Positions 25,701 through 38,530 of a DNA stretch of 64,000 nucleotides are shown one piece after another (within the stretch, counting starts at the first letter, position 1; each line of letters opens with the position of its first letter). The position numbers and the translations under genes are program-made. The stretch lies in the NCBI GenBank assembly GCA_047967505.1, contig CM106538.1; one strand, 5' to 3'. Source of the stretch: Dipteris shenzhenensis (taxonomy: Eukaryota). The notes under the pieces were generated by a model. The model worked only from the letters and a program-made list of their open reading frames with translations. It ran no database searches and had not been told where the DNA came from.

Positions 25701-26422
25701 GAAACAATAGAAACAAAATCCTTGGACCCGCAAGGCCAAATGATTGGCACAAGAGACAATTTTCTCAACATGACTATTACAGTCACTCAATAGGCTGAAG
25801 GGAATACAATTACAACTAAATATGACAAGACAAACTCCCTTCCATATCCTGTGTGTAAATACATTTGGGCTAATGAATAGACCAAAATCTTTTGCAGAAA
25901 AAGTAATCCTTTCACAAGTGATGCCCATTCTATACATGGAGAAACATGAATTCAGTGCCTTTTTACAATGTAAGGGATTAATTTAAACCTTTGGGAAAAA
26001 TGGGTTTGATAAAAAGAGGAATTCGAAGGATAGTCAGGAAATTCCTGAACTAACCCTTCCCAAGTTGTGGCCTCTACATAAAAAGGATCATGAGATGGAT
26101 CGGTAAGTGATACCACTACTAGTTATGTCTAGAGAATATTTGATACTAACATACTTTTGGGCAGTAGTCCGACCCACTCCAATGTGAGGGGCGGACACGA
26201 ACAGCCCTGCGAAGTGCCAATCAAGATAATGGGCAGTATTGGTGGATAGTAATGGAGCAAGTATTGGCCGAGCCTCAAGCCACATGAGGGAAAACACTTA
26301 GGAGAACCACCAAAGGGAACTTCTCTAATTGTGGAGAGTGTGTGCATAGCTTCCAAGCCTTCTTACACTGGCTCATATACCAAAGGGCTTAGGATCCCTT
26401 GCTCCGCATTGTAAGGCACAAG
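19735..26422 (+). mobile_element. Decayed Penelope-like retroelement (PLE) with direct pseudo-LTR-like repeats
   Basis: PLE-type RT motifs in order across frameshifts: TDKLSNTPTFMCRG (24775), KAHK..F.WITN (24943), FWIINS (25104), ADIEKCYENIP (25184), KQIACIPMGFTCSPLWCNLYL (~25437-25500), RFMDD (25581), IYP, FLNMTI, YDK (25821). Flanked by direct repeats at 19735-20020 and 26198-26422. Confidence 0.75.
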
Positions 26423-28214
26423 TGAATTCAATTCACGATGCCATTGCATCTCACCACGATGATTTTCCCACCTGAGTTAAGAAGGGACTAGAGTCGATGA
26501 GTGAAGTGTCTAGCGTCAGTTCGCTCGAGGACATGTTGTGACCAAATCAATAGGACTCTTCATTGGCCAGTGACACAAAGAAAAAGTAGTGCATGTTGGG
26601 AAGGGTATAGATTGTGTAACATGCACAGTGGGTCCGATGAGAACACGAACATAGTCTCTTCACTATCGTACATGGAAGTAATGTGATAGCCTTTTTGTTA
26701 GATGAGTCAATTACAGGACTACCTTGGAGAAAGCTACAGTGATTTGAATCCCTTTCCTTCCTCCTCGATTCATTCTCCTCCGATCTGCTCAATCACAGGT
26801 TTGGCATCCTAGTAGCACATTTGCGCATCTTTCGAATTGTTTGTGCTCCTATAAACACCCATGAGTGCCACGATGGAGCAATTTGGAGATCAATCTTTGG
26901 ATTGCATTTTGGGAATTCTGGTCGCCCTAAGTGCATGACAAATGCTGTAGGGTTTGTTGTGGACTACAGGAAATTTGTTGTGCCATTAATCTACAATATC
27001 GTGGGGATAAACATCGACTAGGTTGTAGGATCATGTCAAACAAGTAAAGCCTCCAGGGAAGCATTATCATGCCAGAGACGAGCAAATGGATAGGATTTTG
27101 TTCATGCTCAGCCACATTAATGACAGGGGGGCCAAGCATAACTATTTTATAGGTAGAAGAGATAGGAGTAGAGAGCATAGTGGAAGCCAATGTGCAAGAG
27201 AAAGACAAATGGGAAAATAGATAAGGTTAGTTATTAGGAGATGGTACTCCCTCGGGCTAGTAGCAAAAACCTACAAAAGGGAAGTGGCAGAGGGCATGTT
27301 GTTCTAGTTTTATACCGAGAATTTGGAAGGGAAAAACTCGGATAGGTGTGGGTTTTGAGGGGGGTGAGAAATTAGTAGAATAAAGTGTTGTTCTAGATGC
27401 AGAGACAGCTTATGGCTCATCAACCGTGTGCCTAGAAGGACCTATTAAGAAAGTTGTGGCATGCTCTTATGTCCTTGCTTTTCATAGTGGTTTAGGATTG
27501 CATTTGTAGCTAGTTTTTAGGTGCAAGTGGTTGCAGTCTTAATCAGTTAATTCTACGTGTGAGCCTTGGAAGTTGATATGTTACGAAGTAGAGACATATA
27601 CTTTGTACAAGAGTAAGAGGATGGGAGGGGATTGATTCATTGCTTTCAACTAGATCTTGTATGACTTTGTGGTTAATAACTTGTTCTTGTATGCTTTTGT
27701 TGTTAAAGCTTCCTTTGAGGACTCAATACCTCGTGTCTTTGAAACTATCCTCCTTTGAGCTCCAGCTAGTCTCCTCAAGCCCCATCATCTCGTCAAGTGT
27801 AGCTTTAATTAGCAGCATCACAATCAATCATCATGCATTTTCTATTTTGAAGACTCTTGAGCTTTCTTTGTATGCTATTGAAGTAATGCCGGGACTCCTT
27901 TGACCTTGGAGGATTACCATAATTCGAGCGACTATGTTCGAGCAAGGTGGTGGTTCGAGCAAAGACTTTCATAAAATTTGACATTCTAGTGTGATGATTT
28001 CTGATAAAAAAGTATCATGCATTGCTTACTTTTACGGTTGTTGTCCTACCCATAATATTGTGTGAGTAATCAATTGTCTTACATACAAACAACAATTTCT
28101 AAAAATGTTTGGCTATGTTTTTGCAAGGGTCAAGGAAGAAGGAGGGATGGAAGAAAGGGGTCAAAGTATGTGTTTTTCTTGTGCAATTTCCATTTTTAGG
28201 GAAAAAAATAATGG

Positions 28215-28264
28215 GAGGAGCCTCCCAGGAGGCCGTGATATTGCAGCCTCTTGGGAGGCTCCTC
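28215..28264. other. GC-rich inverted repeat / hairpin (19-bp stem, 12-nt loop)
   Basis: GAGGAGCCTCCCAGGAGGC (28215-28233) and GCCTCTTGGGAGGCTCCTC (28246-28264) are reverse complements apart from one G-T pair. Confidence 0.9.
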
Positions 28265-29246
28265 TTGCCAATTTTATTTGGGCCATAACTTGGTCAATCG
28301 GACTTCAAATATGGTCATGTTTGTAGTCAAAATGATCAAAAAGATATGAATGAATCCAATTATCATGCTAAAGTGTCAAGATTCTAGAGCTATATAAAGT
28401 TTTTACTTATCTTTGTTTCATTAGAGCTAGACCTTATTAAACCTATATTTCCTTATGACCATGGATCTTTCTCATATAGAGTTTGGGTCCTTGGTTTCCT
28501 CCATCCATCCCATAGGTGTATACATGGTCATGTACACATGAAGGTGATCTATATTTAGTTAGCATCTAAGGTGATCAATAATTTATTAGTTCCATAGTTT
28601 AAACATTTTATACATATGATCATTTGATGTACAAAATGGATCAAGTCATATGGGTAGCATAAAAATCAATGTGCTAAAAATAACTATTTGTGATGGGTTT
28701 TGCTAGGAAGAGCTTCTATATCATGGGTGGGACTATTGTTGTTTGTATGTAACTCCACAAAATAAAGAAACCCCTTCAGCTCATGTGCTACCTTACATAA
28801 TTTTGAGTGATCGCCTCGAGGTGTAGACATTGCAACATTTCCCCTTTTGTAACCATTGAATGATTGCTAACTTGAACGGATTTATTATTCATCAAATTAT
28901 AGGTTTTCTCTTTGTATATTGCCAAGAATTTTCCCTTTAGTACTCATTGAATGATTGCGTACTTGCATGGATTTATGAGTTATCCACCCACCAATAGTAA
29001 GTTTTATCTTTGTAAAAATAAGAAAAATCAATCTCTGATAGTGTCATGTAGATTCAACCATTTTGAGTAAAAAATTATTCCTACCATAGGTTTAGACAGA
29101 GTTCCTCACAAGCATCACTCGAACTTTGGGCTCACTCGAACGCAGCTGCTCGGTTTCGACTTACTCACCTGGGAGGTCTATTCTATGCCATGCGAGGGCT
29201 TCTTTTCCCTTGAACTTTTTAAATGTATTTTTGCCACATTGGTAGG

Positions 29247-32200
29247 ATGGTAAAACTAAAAACTTCTAAGAGGAGGGGGAGAGGTGGAAGAGGAGAAAGG
29301 GGAGGCAGAAGAGGTGGAAGGACAAGTAGCAAGAGAAGTTTGCAAGTGGAATTTTCACCAAATTTAGAGATTTAAAAAGATGTGGAAGTTGAAGTTAAAG
29401 AGGACAAGGAGATGGAAGACTTTGAAGACACCACTATAATTGTGGAGGAATCTTTTAAGAAGAGGAAGAAAGAGGATAAACACCTAGATGAGGAGTTTGA
29501 GCAAGAGTTTCCTGCTGCACTTAATATTGGCCAGGGGAAGAATGTTATTGAATGTCTTGCAATCAATCCTAGAAAGGTTGCTCCCTTGATCCCATTATGT
29601 CGTTGTGTTGTAAACGCAAGAGTGAGAGGCCTACGGACTGATATGGATAGCCGCAAGCTCTAGAGGCTGAAAAATATATTCAACATAAGGGAATGTTTAT
29701 TTTATCTACAACACTTTCGGATGGTGTTTCACAAGAGGTGACAGATGAACTTGAGCAATCATGGGATTCTTGTTGGAGGGATATAAATGCAGAGTTTGAG
29801 GCATAGATTGTTGATGATGCTGATTGGTAATTTTTATCTCGAAAGATGTTTTTTGTGTGGGAGGGGAATCATCGTACTGTTGCATGGATGTCTCTAATTG
29901 AAGAGAAATTCAAGACAACAAAGGCATGGCATATTCGAGTTTTAGCAAGTTTTATTACTCTAGAGAAAGAAAAAAAAATGAAGCTAATAGCTGCTCTTCA
30001 AAGGTTCAATCTGTAAGTGCGAGTTGGGAGAGGTTTCTTACTTATATGTGTTACCTTTTTTCAAGCTTTAAGGATTTTGTGAACAATTCTTAATATGTTT
30101 GAAACTATATTTTTTTCATTTTTCAACCTCAATGAGAACAATTATTAAAACAAATCTTGAGGATTACAACACAAAGACAACATGTTCATGTGATGAGCTT
30201 ATCACTTTTTTTCGAGGAAGAAAAAAAGACACTTGAAAAGCATAGGGTAAATGAAAGCAGTAAAGGACCAAGTACTTGGTATCCTTTGACATCTCTGATG
30301 CTATGGAGAATGGTATTTGTAGTAAGTTTCATACCATTTGTCTTGTATGTCTTTGGAATTAAAACTAACTAATTCATTGTACTCATTCATTTCTTTGGAA
30401 TATATTTCAGCCACTATACAAGCAAGATTATGAGGAAAAGCTAAAGGAACTTCAACCAAATTTGAGTGTTGCTGATATGGAGAAAGCACTTAAAAGTATT
30501 TGAAAGGATGTGAATCTCAAGTATGGTTGAAAAATGATCAAGGTATGGTTTATTTAATGATTCTTAACATAAAGTTGACTTTTTAGTGTCTTCAAGTGTT
30601 TTTTGAGATCAAGAAAATCGAGAAAGAACTCATAATATTCAAAAGGATGTGAATACGATGTTTGTTCAAAAAATGATCAAGGTATGGGATATGCATGTAT
30701 TGTATGATTAGAAAATACAGTTGAGTGTGACGATTGTATGTATTGTTTATATGTTGATTCTTTCTATTGTCAAACCAACAAATGGTGAAGATTCGTTTAA
30801 TATCTTGTGGACCCTCCCATTTGATGATAAATCATCCATTGTCACATTGGAAAAGTTGTATAACATCTCTATTGCAAAAATCTCAAAGGAGACAAAACTA
30901 GCAATCCTCAGAATCTTAGGGTCAGATTCAAATTTGAGAACAAGTTATGGAATGCCAAAGCTGATAGAGAATTCATAAAGTGGATGGTGAAAGAGGCATG
31001 GATGGATCAGCTGCTTTGTGAATCTGAGAGGCTACTCTCTCAGGTCTTGGTTTCTAGACAATAAGCTAGCTTTGTGCTTCCTCAATATCCTATGTTGAGA
31101 GAGTATTTTGGGGAAATACAAGCAATGAACAAACTTGAACTTTATGAAGATCTAAAGGATTCAATGATTGTTACTATAACTACAATAGGACAAATGCAGA
31201 TGACGAGGTCATCTTGACGGTTGGTATTTAGGTAAGCAAATACACATTATTTCATTTTCAATTTAAAATCCATCCTTAAGTATTTCACTTGTTTACTAAG
31301 ACTCTTATTGTATGTAGATTCTTGCAATCCTAAGTTGTTGGTAAGTTGCTGCCCATATGTCGAGTATGGACAAAAATTTAGGACTTAAAATTCTGCATGT
31401 ACTCTCCAAACATGATAGAAAAAAAAAGGAAGCAAGTGCTCTCTCAGTGGGAGAGAAAGAATTGCCCGTGGTGGCTAGACATGAAAAAGAATGTTGCATT
31501 GAGAAGGAGGTAGAGTTGTACATTGGTTCATCAAGCTCAAACTTAGTCCACGAGGATGATGCAATCATTGAGGTTCAAAAAACGCTGCAAAGATGTCTAA
31601 AAAGGATAGGGATTCAAGTATGGAACTAAAGAAGGGTGGTAGGCCACCAAAAACTCCTAGTACTAATAATGGTAAGAAGTTCTCTTAATCTTTTTTCAAG
31701 CTGTATTTGTGTGTGTAACATGTGTTGTTATCACTTTGTGTCTTTACATATGTGGTGTGGATACAAATGTGCAAGTACTGCAGTCCACCCATTTTGAAAA
31801 GATGTCAATGGAAAAATATGTCTATCCTCTTTTTGTACATTGCATTGACATCTCTAACTTTGATTGGGAGTGGCACATGTGATGCTTCACATTGCAAGAT
31901 CTGGTGCTATGATTATGTCGATTTTGGGAAGAAATTTCTGTCTCAAACTTCACACAAGTCTATATAAACATGAAGAAATACTTTGTGGGTCTTGGAGGTG
32001 AAAGAAAAATAAGAACTAGTAAGAGTGTTGCTTGGGCTGCAGATTTTTACATAGCTAGAAGCTCTTGGAGTAGAGGATTCCACATCTCCATCTTGGAATT
32101 TATTACAGAGGACCATGTACACTACGCCTTGCTAGGAGCAACCACAATTGTTTCAAATTTTGGTTGGGTCCTAGTTGTGTGTGCTCCTCATGTTCATTTG

Positions 32201-32865
32201 GTTGAGCATTATTCTAGGATTAGTAGATTGGAGTTTGCATGTCAAATGTACATGCAATGCTTGGATGCATATTGCACAATAAAAGTTCGTGCTATTGATC
32301 AGAAGGTGAGACAATTGTCTTACAATGACTTGTTGAAAGAATTTATACTCTTGTATAATGAAATGGTTTGTACTAAGCATAAGTCTTATTATTTTCTTGA
32401 CTTTAGGTGGGTGTTATGGTTTTATGACTTCTTCATCGGGCTGGTATGTCTTATGTTTGTAATCCTAGAAATGTTTCCATGGTTGGTACCAAATTGCACA
32501 CTGCTTTTGGAAGTAGTTTGTTTCATTATTATTTACCAACAAGTGAGCAGACTATAAAGCATGGAGAGAGTATTACATGGAGAGGTGCATTGGAGAAGGC
32601 TCCATGCATGATGTTGTACGTCTTGGAATTGTGTCCAATTTTTGGACATGTGGTGGACTTGGGTGCTGGGACTGGTTCTATGCAAAAAGCATGCGTGCAT
32701 TCTAGGAGAGCATGCTTATCTATTGAGAATGATCTTGACATTTGCAATTCTATATTGCAACCATTTTTGGATGAAAAGAAAGGAAAGGAAAATGTGTTAA
32801 GCAACTGTGGGAATCTAAACGATTCCAAAGATTTGGAAATGGTTGTTAATCTTCTAGATGACTAG
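29247..32865 (+). pseudogene. Decayed spliced gene: ParB/Srx-like N-terminal domain plus C-terminal beta-class N4C/N6A DNA methyltransferase-like domain
   Basis: ATG 29247 and a basic/acidic leader; KMFFVWEGNHRTVAW (core motif at 29858-29875); GT-AG introns (32306-32406 joins ORFs 31970 and 32446 in frame); WAADFYIARSSW (32033-32068), WRGALEK (32578), VVDLGAGTGS (32650-32679), R.CLSIEND (to 32733). Multiple stops and frameshifts. Confidence 0.65.
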
Positions 32866-32995
32866 TAAGTATGCTACTCACTTGTTTTACATTTTTCAAA
32901 ACTATTTATTGGAGAATATTATTATCAATTAGGCATAAATATTGATTGATCTATTTTAGCTTTTTTCCTTCTTATGAAATGCTATGGCTAAGATG

Positions 32996-35900
32996 TGTTA
33001 GATATCAATGCTCCACTCTCGTGTAACTACGCGGGAACCAGGTAACTCTACTTGTAAGCCCCCCATATCAGAAGGCATTTGAGTAGCTCAGTTATCTGGT
33101 AGGTCCTGGTTTGGACACCAGATGGGGGCCATGTGTGGCCTGATGGTTGCACGGCTTCAGATAGAGTTGGCACACCACAACCAGGCTACATACAAGAGTG
33201 AGACGGCATCCCTTGACTGACCGCACTGAGGTCGACGGAGCATTTTTCGAGGCAGCCCGCTCTTAGGTTGTGGGGCCCGTTTGGAGCCTTAGATGATCCC
33301 GGATGGCTCTAGGCCAAACGGTAACCATAGGTTGGTTGCTCTGTTTTGCACACCGGTTCTATCGTATGGCCGGTGGCCTATTTTGGGACCGACTCCCAGT
33401 CGACCGTTTTGGGCGAACTGGGTCGGTCACCCAATTGAGCCTAACCGACTACGACTGGTGGCTATATAAGAGCAAGCTTGTGAAGCCCATTTCATCATTG
33501 GCTATAGCAACCCTGATTCCTTAGCATCTAGCCTCCGTCTTCTACTGTTTCTAGCATGCCATCGAAGCTTCTTTCATAGGAGCACATGGTTGGGAGGCAG
33601 CGCCATCTATTATATCAATTCTACAGTAATCAAATTTTTAATTCTCCATACTATCTTGTTTTCTCTCTTGCGTATGAGATCTTGTTATCTGTTGAGCACA
33701 GACGTAATATTATTTTCTTACATGGTATTAGAGCCTGAACTCTAGCAAGAAGATTTGGTAGTGTGTTTTCTGTTTGCGAGCAGATTGTGAGAGATGGCCC
33801 AGCCCGCAAGACTGTGAATCCCACCGTTCGGCAAAAGCGAAAAGTTGGATGGCTCTAACTATCCACCCTAGAAGTTCAAGATGAAGACCATCCTAAGTGC
33901 ATATGAGCTTTGGAACACTGCTACTGGGGTGGACGTGAGGCCGGTTGCAGCCAATGTAGGACAACAGATAGTACCAACTACGGATGAGATTCTCGCATGG
34001 ACAAGAAGAAATGTAGATGAGCTGTGTTCTATTGTCTACAGTGTTAGTGGAATATTCCATCATGGCATTAATTCAACATGTCACCATAATGGAGAAGGCA
34101 TGGATGGTCTTGAAAAATCAGTATGAGACCACGAATCAGACGCGGATTCAGAATTTGGAGACTCAACTCGCAAATGAGAAGTTGTTTGAGTCTGAAGCGA
34201 CAGAGAAGTTCATCACCAGGGTGAAGAATTTGCGCGATCAAATGATTGCGATTGGCATCACCATCACCAGCGAGAATCTAGCACGAAGGTGCATACGGAT
34301 TCTCCCACCAAAGTACAACGGTCTTGTTACAGCGCTAAATACGCAGAATAGAAATCCGCCCCTCAACTTTGAGGATTTCAACGTGATGCTTCTGGAGGAG
34401 GAGATGCATCAAAAGATGAGGACTAGAGAAGATTCAGCTTTCTGGACCGGATCAAATAAAGGTAAGGGTAAGGACTCTGGTAACCCATCTTCTTCTGATG
34501 ATAAAAAGAGAAAGAAGAAGATCAAGTGCTTCTATTGCAACAAGGCAGGGCACAAGCAGAATGAGTGCCGAAAGAAGATTGCTAATGAGAAGAATGGAGT
34601 AAAGAAAGAGTCCAGCAACAGCGCGCAGGCAGTACTAGTAGAGCTGTTCATCGCAATTGAGGAGATTTGCATAGAGGTAGTTCATGTACCTGCAGATGAA
34701 CCGTGGATCATTGACAGTGGTGCATCAAGCCACATGAGCAGTCAGAAGGATTGGTATACCTCTCTACAGCCGGTAGGGAATGACATCTTGATAGCAGTTG
34801 GCAATGATGCAAAATGTCCAGCAAAAGGAAAAGGTACGATTGCTCTCAAGTCAGATGGAGTTGTAAAACACTTGTCCGATGTTCTTTATGTGCCAGATAT
34901 CAAGAGGAACTTGTTGTCCATTTCCACAATCACAGATCGGGACCTTAAAGTTCAATTCAATAAGAATGGTGCACAGATTTTGCATCTTCAAGCGAAGGTC
35001 ATTGGTAAAGGTACACGGTGCAACAACATTTACGAACTCTCAGCTTTCAGTGCTCGAGCGGATGTGAAGAACACTAAGTTGTGGCATGAGAGGTTTGGTC
35101 ATCTAAACCTTAGTTCTTTGAAGGAGATGCATAAAAGTGGAATGATTGTAGACCTACCAGAAATTTTAGATCTGCCGGATGTATGTGAAGCTTGCATGAT
35201 GGGCAAGCAGCATTGGCATCCCTTTCCTAAAGAGGCCAGTAGGGCAAAGGCTCCTCTAGAGCTCGTTCACACGGACCTCTGTGGAAAGATGGAGACGGAA
35301 GCTTTGGGTGGTTCCTACTACTTCATTACGCTGATCGACGACTATTGTAGAAGGATATGGATATAGTTCTTGAAGACTAAAGACGAGGCTTTTAGTAGGT
35401 TCAAGGAATGGCATGTAATGGTCGAGAAAGAAATGGGCAGGAAGGTGAAGAAGTTGAGATCAGACAGAGGTGGAGAGTTCACATCAACTGAATCTGAAAG
35501 TTACTGCAAAAGTCACAAAATCAAGAGGCAAAAACCCCCACCACATACATCACAGCAAAATGGAGTAGCAGAACGCAAGATGCGCATCATTTGCAAAATG
35601 GGCCGGAATATGATGAAAGGGAAAGATTTGCTAAAGACTTTCTGGGCTGAAGCATGTAACACTGCAGTTTACATCCTGAATCGTAGCTACACGAAGGCTA
35701 TGAACGAGATGACTCCACTGCAAGCCTTTTCTGGTAAGAAACCTTCAGCTGCACATTTTAGAGTTTTTGGATGTGACTGTTTTGTGCATGTCCCTGATGC
35801 TACTAGGACCAAATGGGAACCAAAGAGCCGGAAGTGTATTTTCTTGGGCTATAGTGAAGAGGCGAAGGGTTACCGTCTCTATAACCCTGTTACTAAGAAG

Positions 35901-38530
35901 GTAATTGTAAGTCGCGATGTGGTCTTCTCAGAACAGCCGCATCAATTGGAGGAGGATGCTTCCTTCCCAGACAACCAAAACCAAGATATCCATCCAGTAC
36001 CGCCACCAGTAGCAGAGTGAACTCCCCCAACGGTGCTTGGGAGGATTCAAGACAAAGAAGATGAAGAAGAGCCTGTAGAACCACAATGGCAACGGGCATT
36101 TGGACGGCAGAGAACCTCCAGCCATTGAGTAGGAACCATTCGAACACCGCCGGTCCAAGAGATTAGAGGAGCAAAGAAGGGCGCAAGAACACTTGGTCAA
36201 CTATGCTTTGATGACAGAAGTGATCCGTGCTGATGAACCCAAGTGTCTTGAAGAGGCACAGGGTGATGATAGGTGGATGGAGGCTATACAGTCGGAGTAT
36301 GGCTCCATAATGAAGAACAACACTTGCGACCTTGTGGATCGACCACCAAAACACAAGGTAATTGGAACTAAGTGGGTGTACAAGACCAAGTACAAGTCCG
36401 ACGGCACGTTGGATAAGTACAAGGCTCGGCTCATGGCAAAAGGATTTGCACAGGTACATGGTTTTGATTATCAAGATACTTTTGCTCCCACAGCTTGACT
36501 AACCACAATTCGTAGTGTTTTGGCTTTAGCTGCCCAGGGAAGTTGGCCCGTGTTTCAGATGGATGTGAAATCCGCCTTTCTGAATGGAGATCTCAAGGAG
36601 GAGGTATACGTGGAACAACCACTAGGTTTTGAGATCCTCAGTTCAGAAGGTAAAGTCTGCAGACTAAAGAAGGCACTTTACGGGCTGAAACAGGCCCCAC
36701 GAGCGTGGTACCAGTGAAATGATGCCTACTTTCTGCAAAATGGGTTCAGGAGGAGCCATCTGATGCAAATTTGTATATCTTCAGAGAAGGAGGTAGGTGT
36801 GTGATCGTGGTCCTTTATGTAGACGACCTTGTCATAACAAGGAACCATGAAGAGAAGATCTCGCAGACGAAGCATTTGCTAGGAAGAGAGATTGAAATAA
36901 CACACCTCGGACTGATGCATTTCTATTTGGGGATTGAAGTTTGGCAGGAGCTGAAACAGATGTTCATTTCACATTTGAAGTATGCTGGAGAGATACTGAA
37001 GGCATTTGGCATGGCTGAGTGCAAGACAGTTGGTACCCCTATGGAGGTTGACGTGAAGCTCTCAAACAAGGATTCATCACCACTGGTGGACGAAGCGAAG
37101 TACAAAAGGCTTGTGGGCAACTTGATTTACCTATGCAACTCATGGCCAGACATCAGTTTTGCGACTGGTGTACTAAGCAGGTTTTCCAATAAGCCCCGGG
37201 AGAACCATTGGAGGGCAGGGATGCGGGTGCTGAAATACATCAAAGGCACACTTGATTATGGCATCACCTATACCAAGGGCAACATCTTGATCGGATTCTA
37301 TGACTCGGATTGGGCAGGAGATGTGGATAGCAGGAGATCAGTGACAGGGTACTGTTTCTCACTTGGATCTGGAGTTGTGTCATGGGTCAGCAAGAAGCAA
37401 CCCATAGTTGCTCTTTCTTCTACCGAGGCCGAGTACAAATCTGCATGCTTTGCTTCTTACAAGGCAGTGTGGTTGAGGAGGATTTTGGGGGACATGGGTG
37501 TAGTGCAGAACAAGCCTACGCAGTTATCATGTGACAATCAGAGTTGCATGGCAATTGCAAAGAACTCGGTGTTCCACGCTCGCACAAAACACATTGAGAT
37601 TCAATCTTACTTTGTATGCGAGCTCATCATGGATGGAGAGGTTGACTTGGTGTCCCCTTGGTGTACTGTCTGACTACAGAGAATGCTGTGGACATCTTCA
37701 TGAAGGCTCTTGGAAGAGACTTGTTGGAGAGGCATCTTCATCGACTTGGCATTGGGCCAAAAAAGTAAGTTCACTTGCGGGTGGACATTGAGGGGGGGTG
37801 TTAGATATCAATGCTCCACTCTCATGTAACTATGCGGGAACCAGCTAACTCTACTTGTAAGCCCCCCATATGAGGAGAAGGCATTTGAGTAGCTCGGTTA
37901 TCTGGTAGGTCCTGGTTTGGACACCAGATGGGGGCCATGTGTGGCTTGATGGCTGGACGGCTTCAGATAGAGTTGGCACACCGCCAACTAGGCTACATGC
38001 AAGTGCAGGAGGGCATCCGTTGATTGACCGCACTGAGGGTAGATGGAGCATTTCTCGGGGCAGCCCACTCTCGGGTTGCAAGGCCCGTTTGGAGCCTCAG
38101 ATGATCCCGGATGGCTCTGGGCCGAACGGAAACCGTAGGTGAGTTGCTTTGTTTTGTGCACCGGTTCTATCGTATGGTCGATGGCCTATTTCGGGACCGA
38201 CCCCCAGTCGACCATTTTGGGCAGACTAGGTCGGTCACCCGATTGAGCCTAACCGACTACGAATGGTGGCTATATAAGAGCAAGCTCGTGAAGCCCATTT
38301 CATCACTGGCTACAGCAACCCTGATTCCTTAGCATCCAGCCTCCATCTTCTACTGTTTCCAGCATGCCATCGAAGCTTCTTTCATAGGAGTGCATGGTTG
38401 GGAGGCAGGGCCATCTATTGTATCAGTTCTACAGTAATCAAATTTTTTATTCTCCATACTATCTTGTTTTCTCTCTTGCGTACGAGATCCTATTATCTGT
38501 TGAGCACAGACGTTGTATTATTTTCTTACA
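32996..38530 (+). mobile_element. Full-length Ty1/copia LTR retrotransposon, family A copy 1 (defective)
   Basis: LTRs 32996-33722 and 37799-38530 (TGTTAG...TTACA); TSD AGATG at 32991-32995 and 38531-38535; PBS TGGTATTAGAGCC (tRNA-iMet type); PPT GAGGGGGGG. Domain order: gag CCHC knuckle, protease DSGAS, integrase (HERFGH, LRSDRGGEF), RT (YVDD), RNase H (DSDWAG, TEAEY). Confidence 0.97.

Noticed and set aside
26490-26660. Possible hammerhead ribozyme cores (tcgatgag...ctcgagg; ccgatgagaacacgaac) downstream of the PLE
   Set aside because: Neither has an intact CTGANGA plus GAAA core with convincing flanking stems.
33303-33524. Small ORFs repeated in the copia A LTRs (also 38111, 59160)
   Set aside because: They recur only because the LTRs are copies of each other; starts and lengths differ and there is no domain signal.
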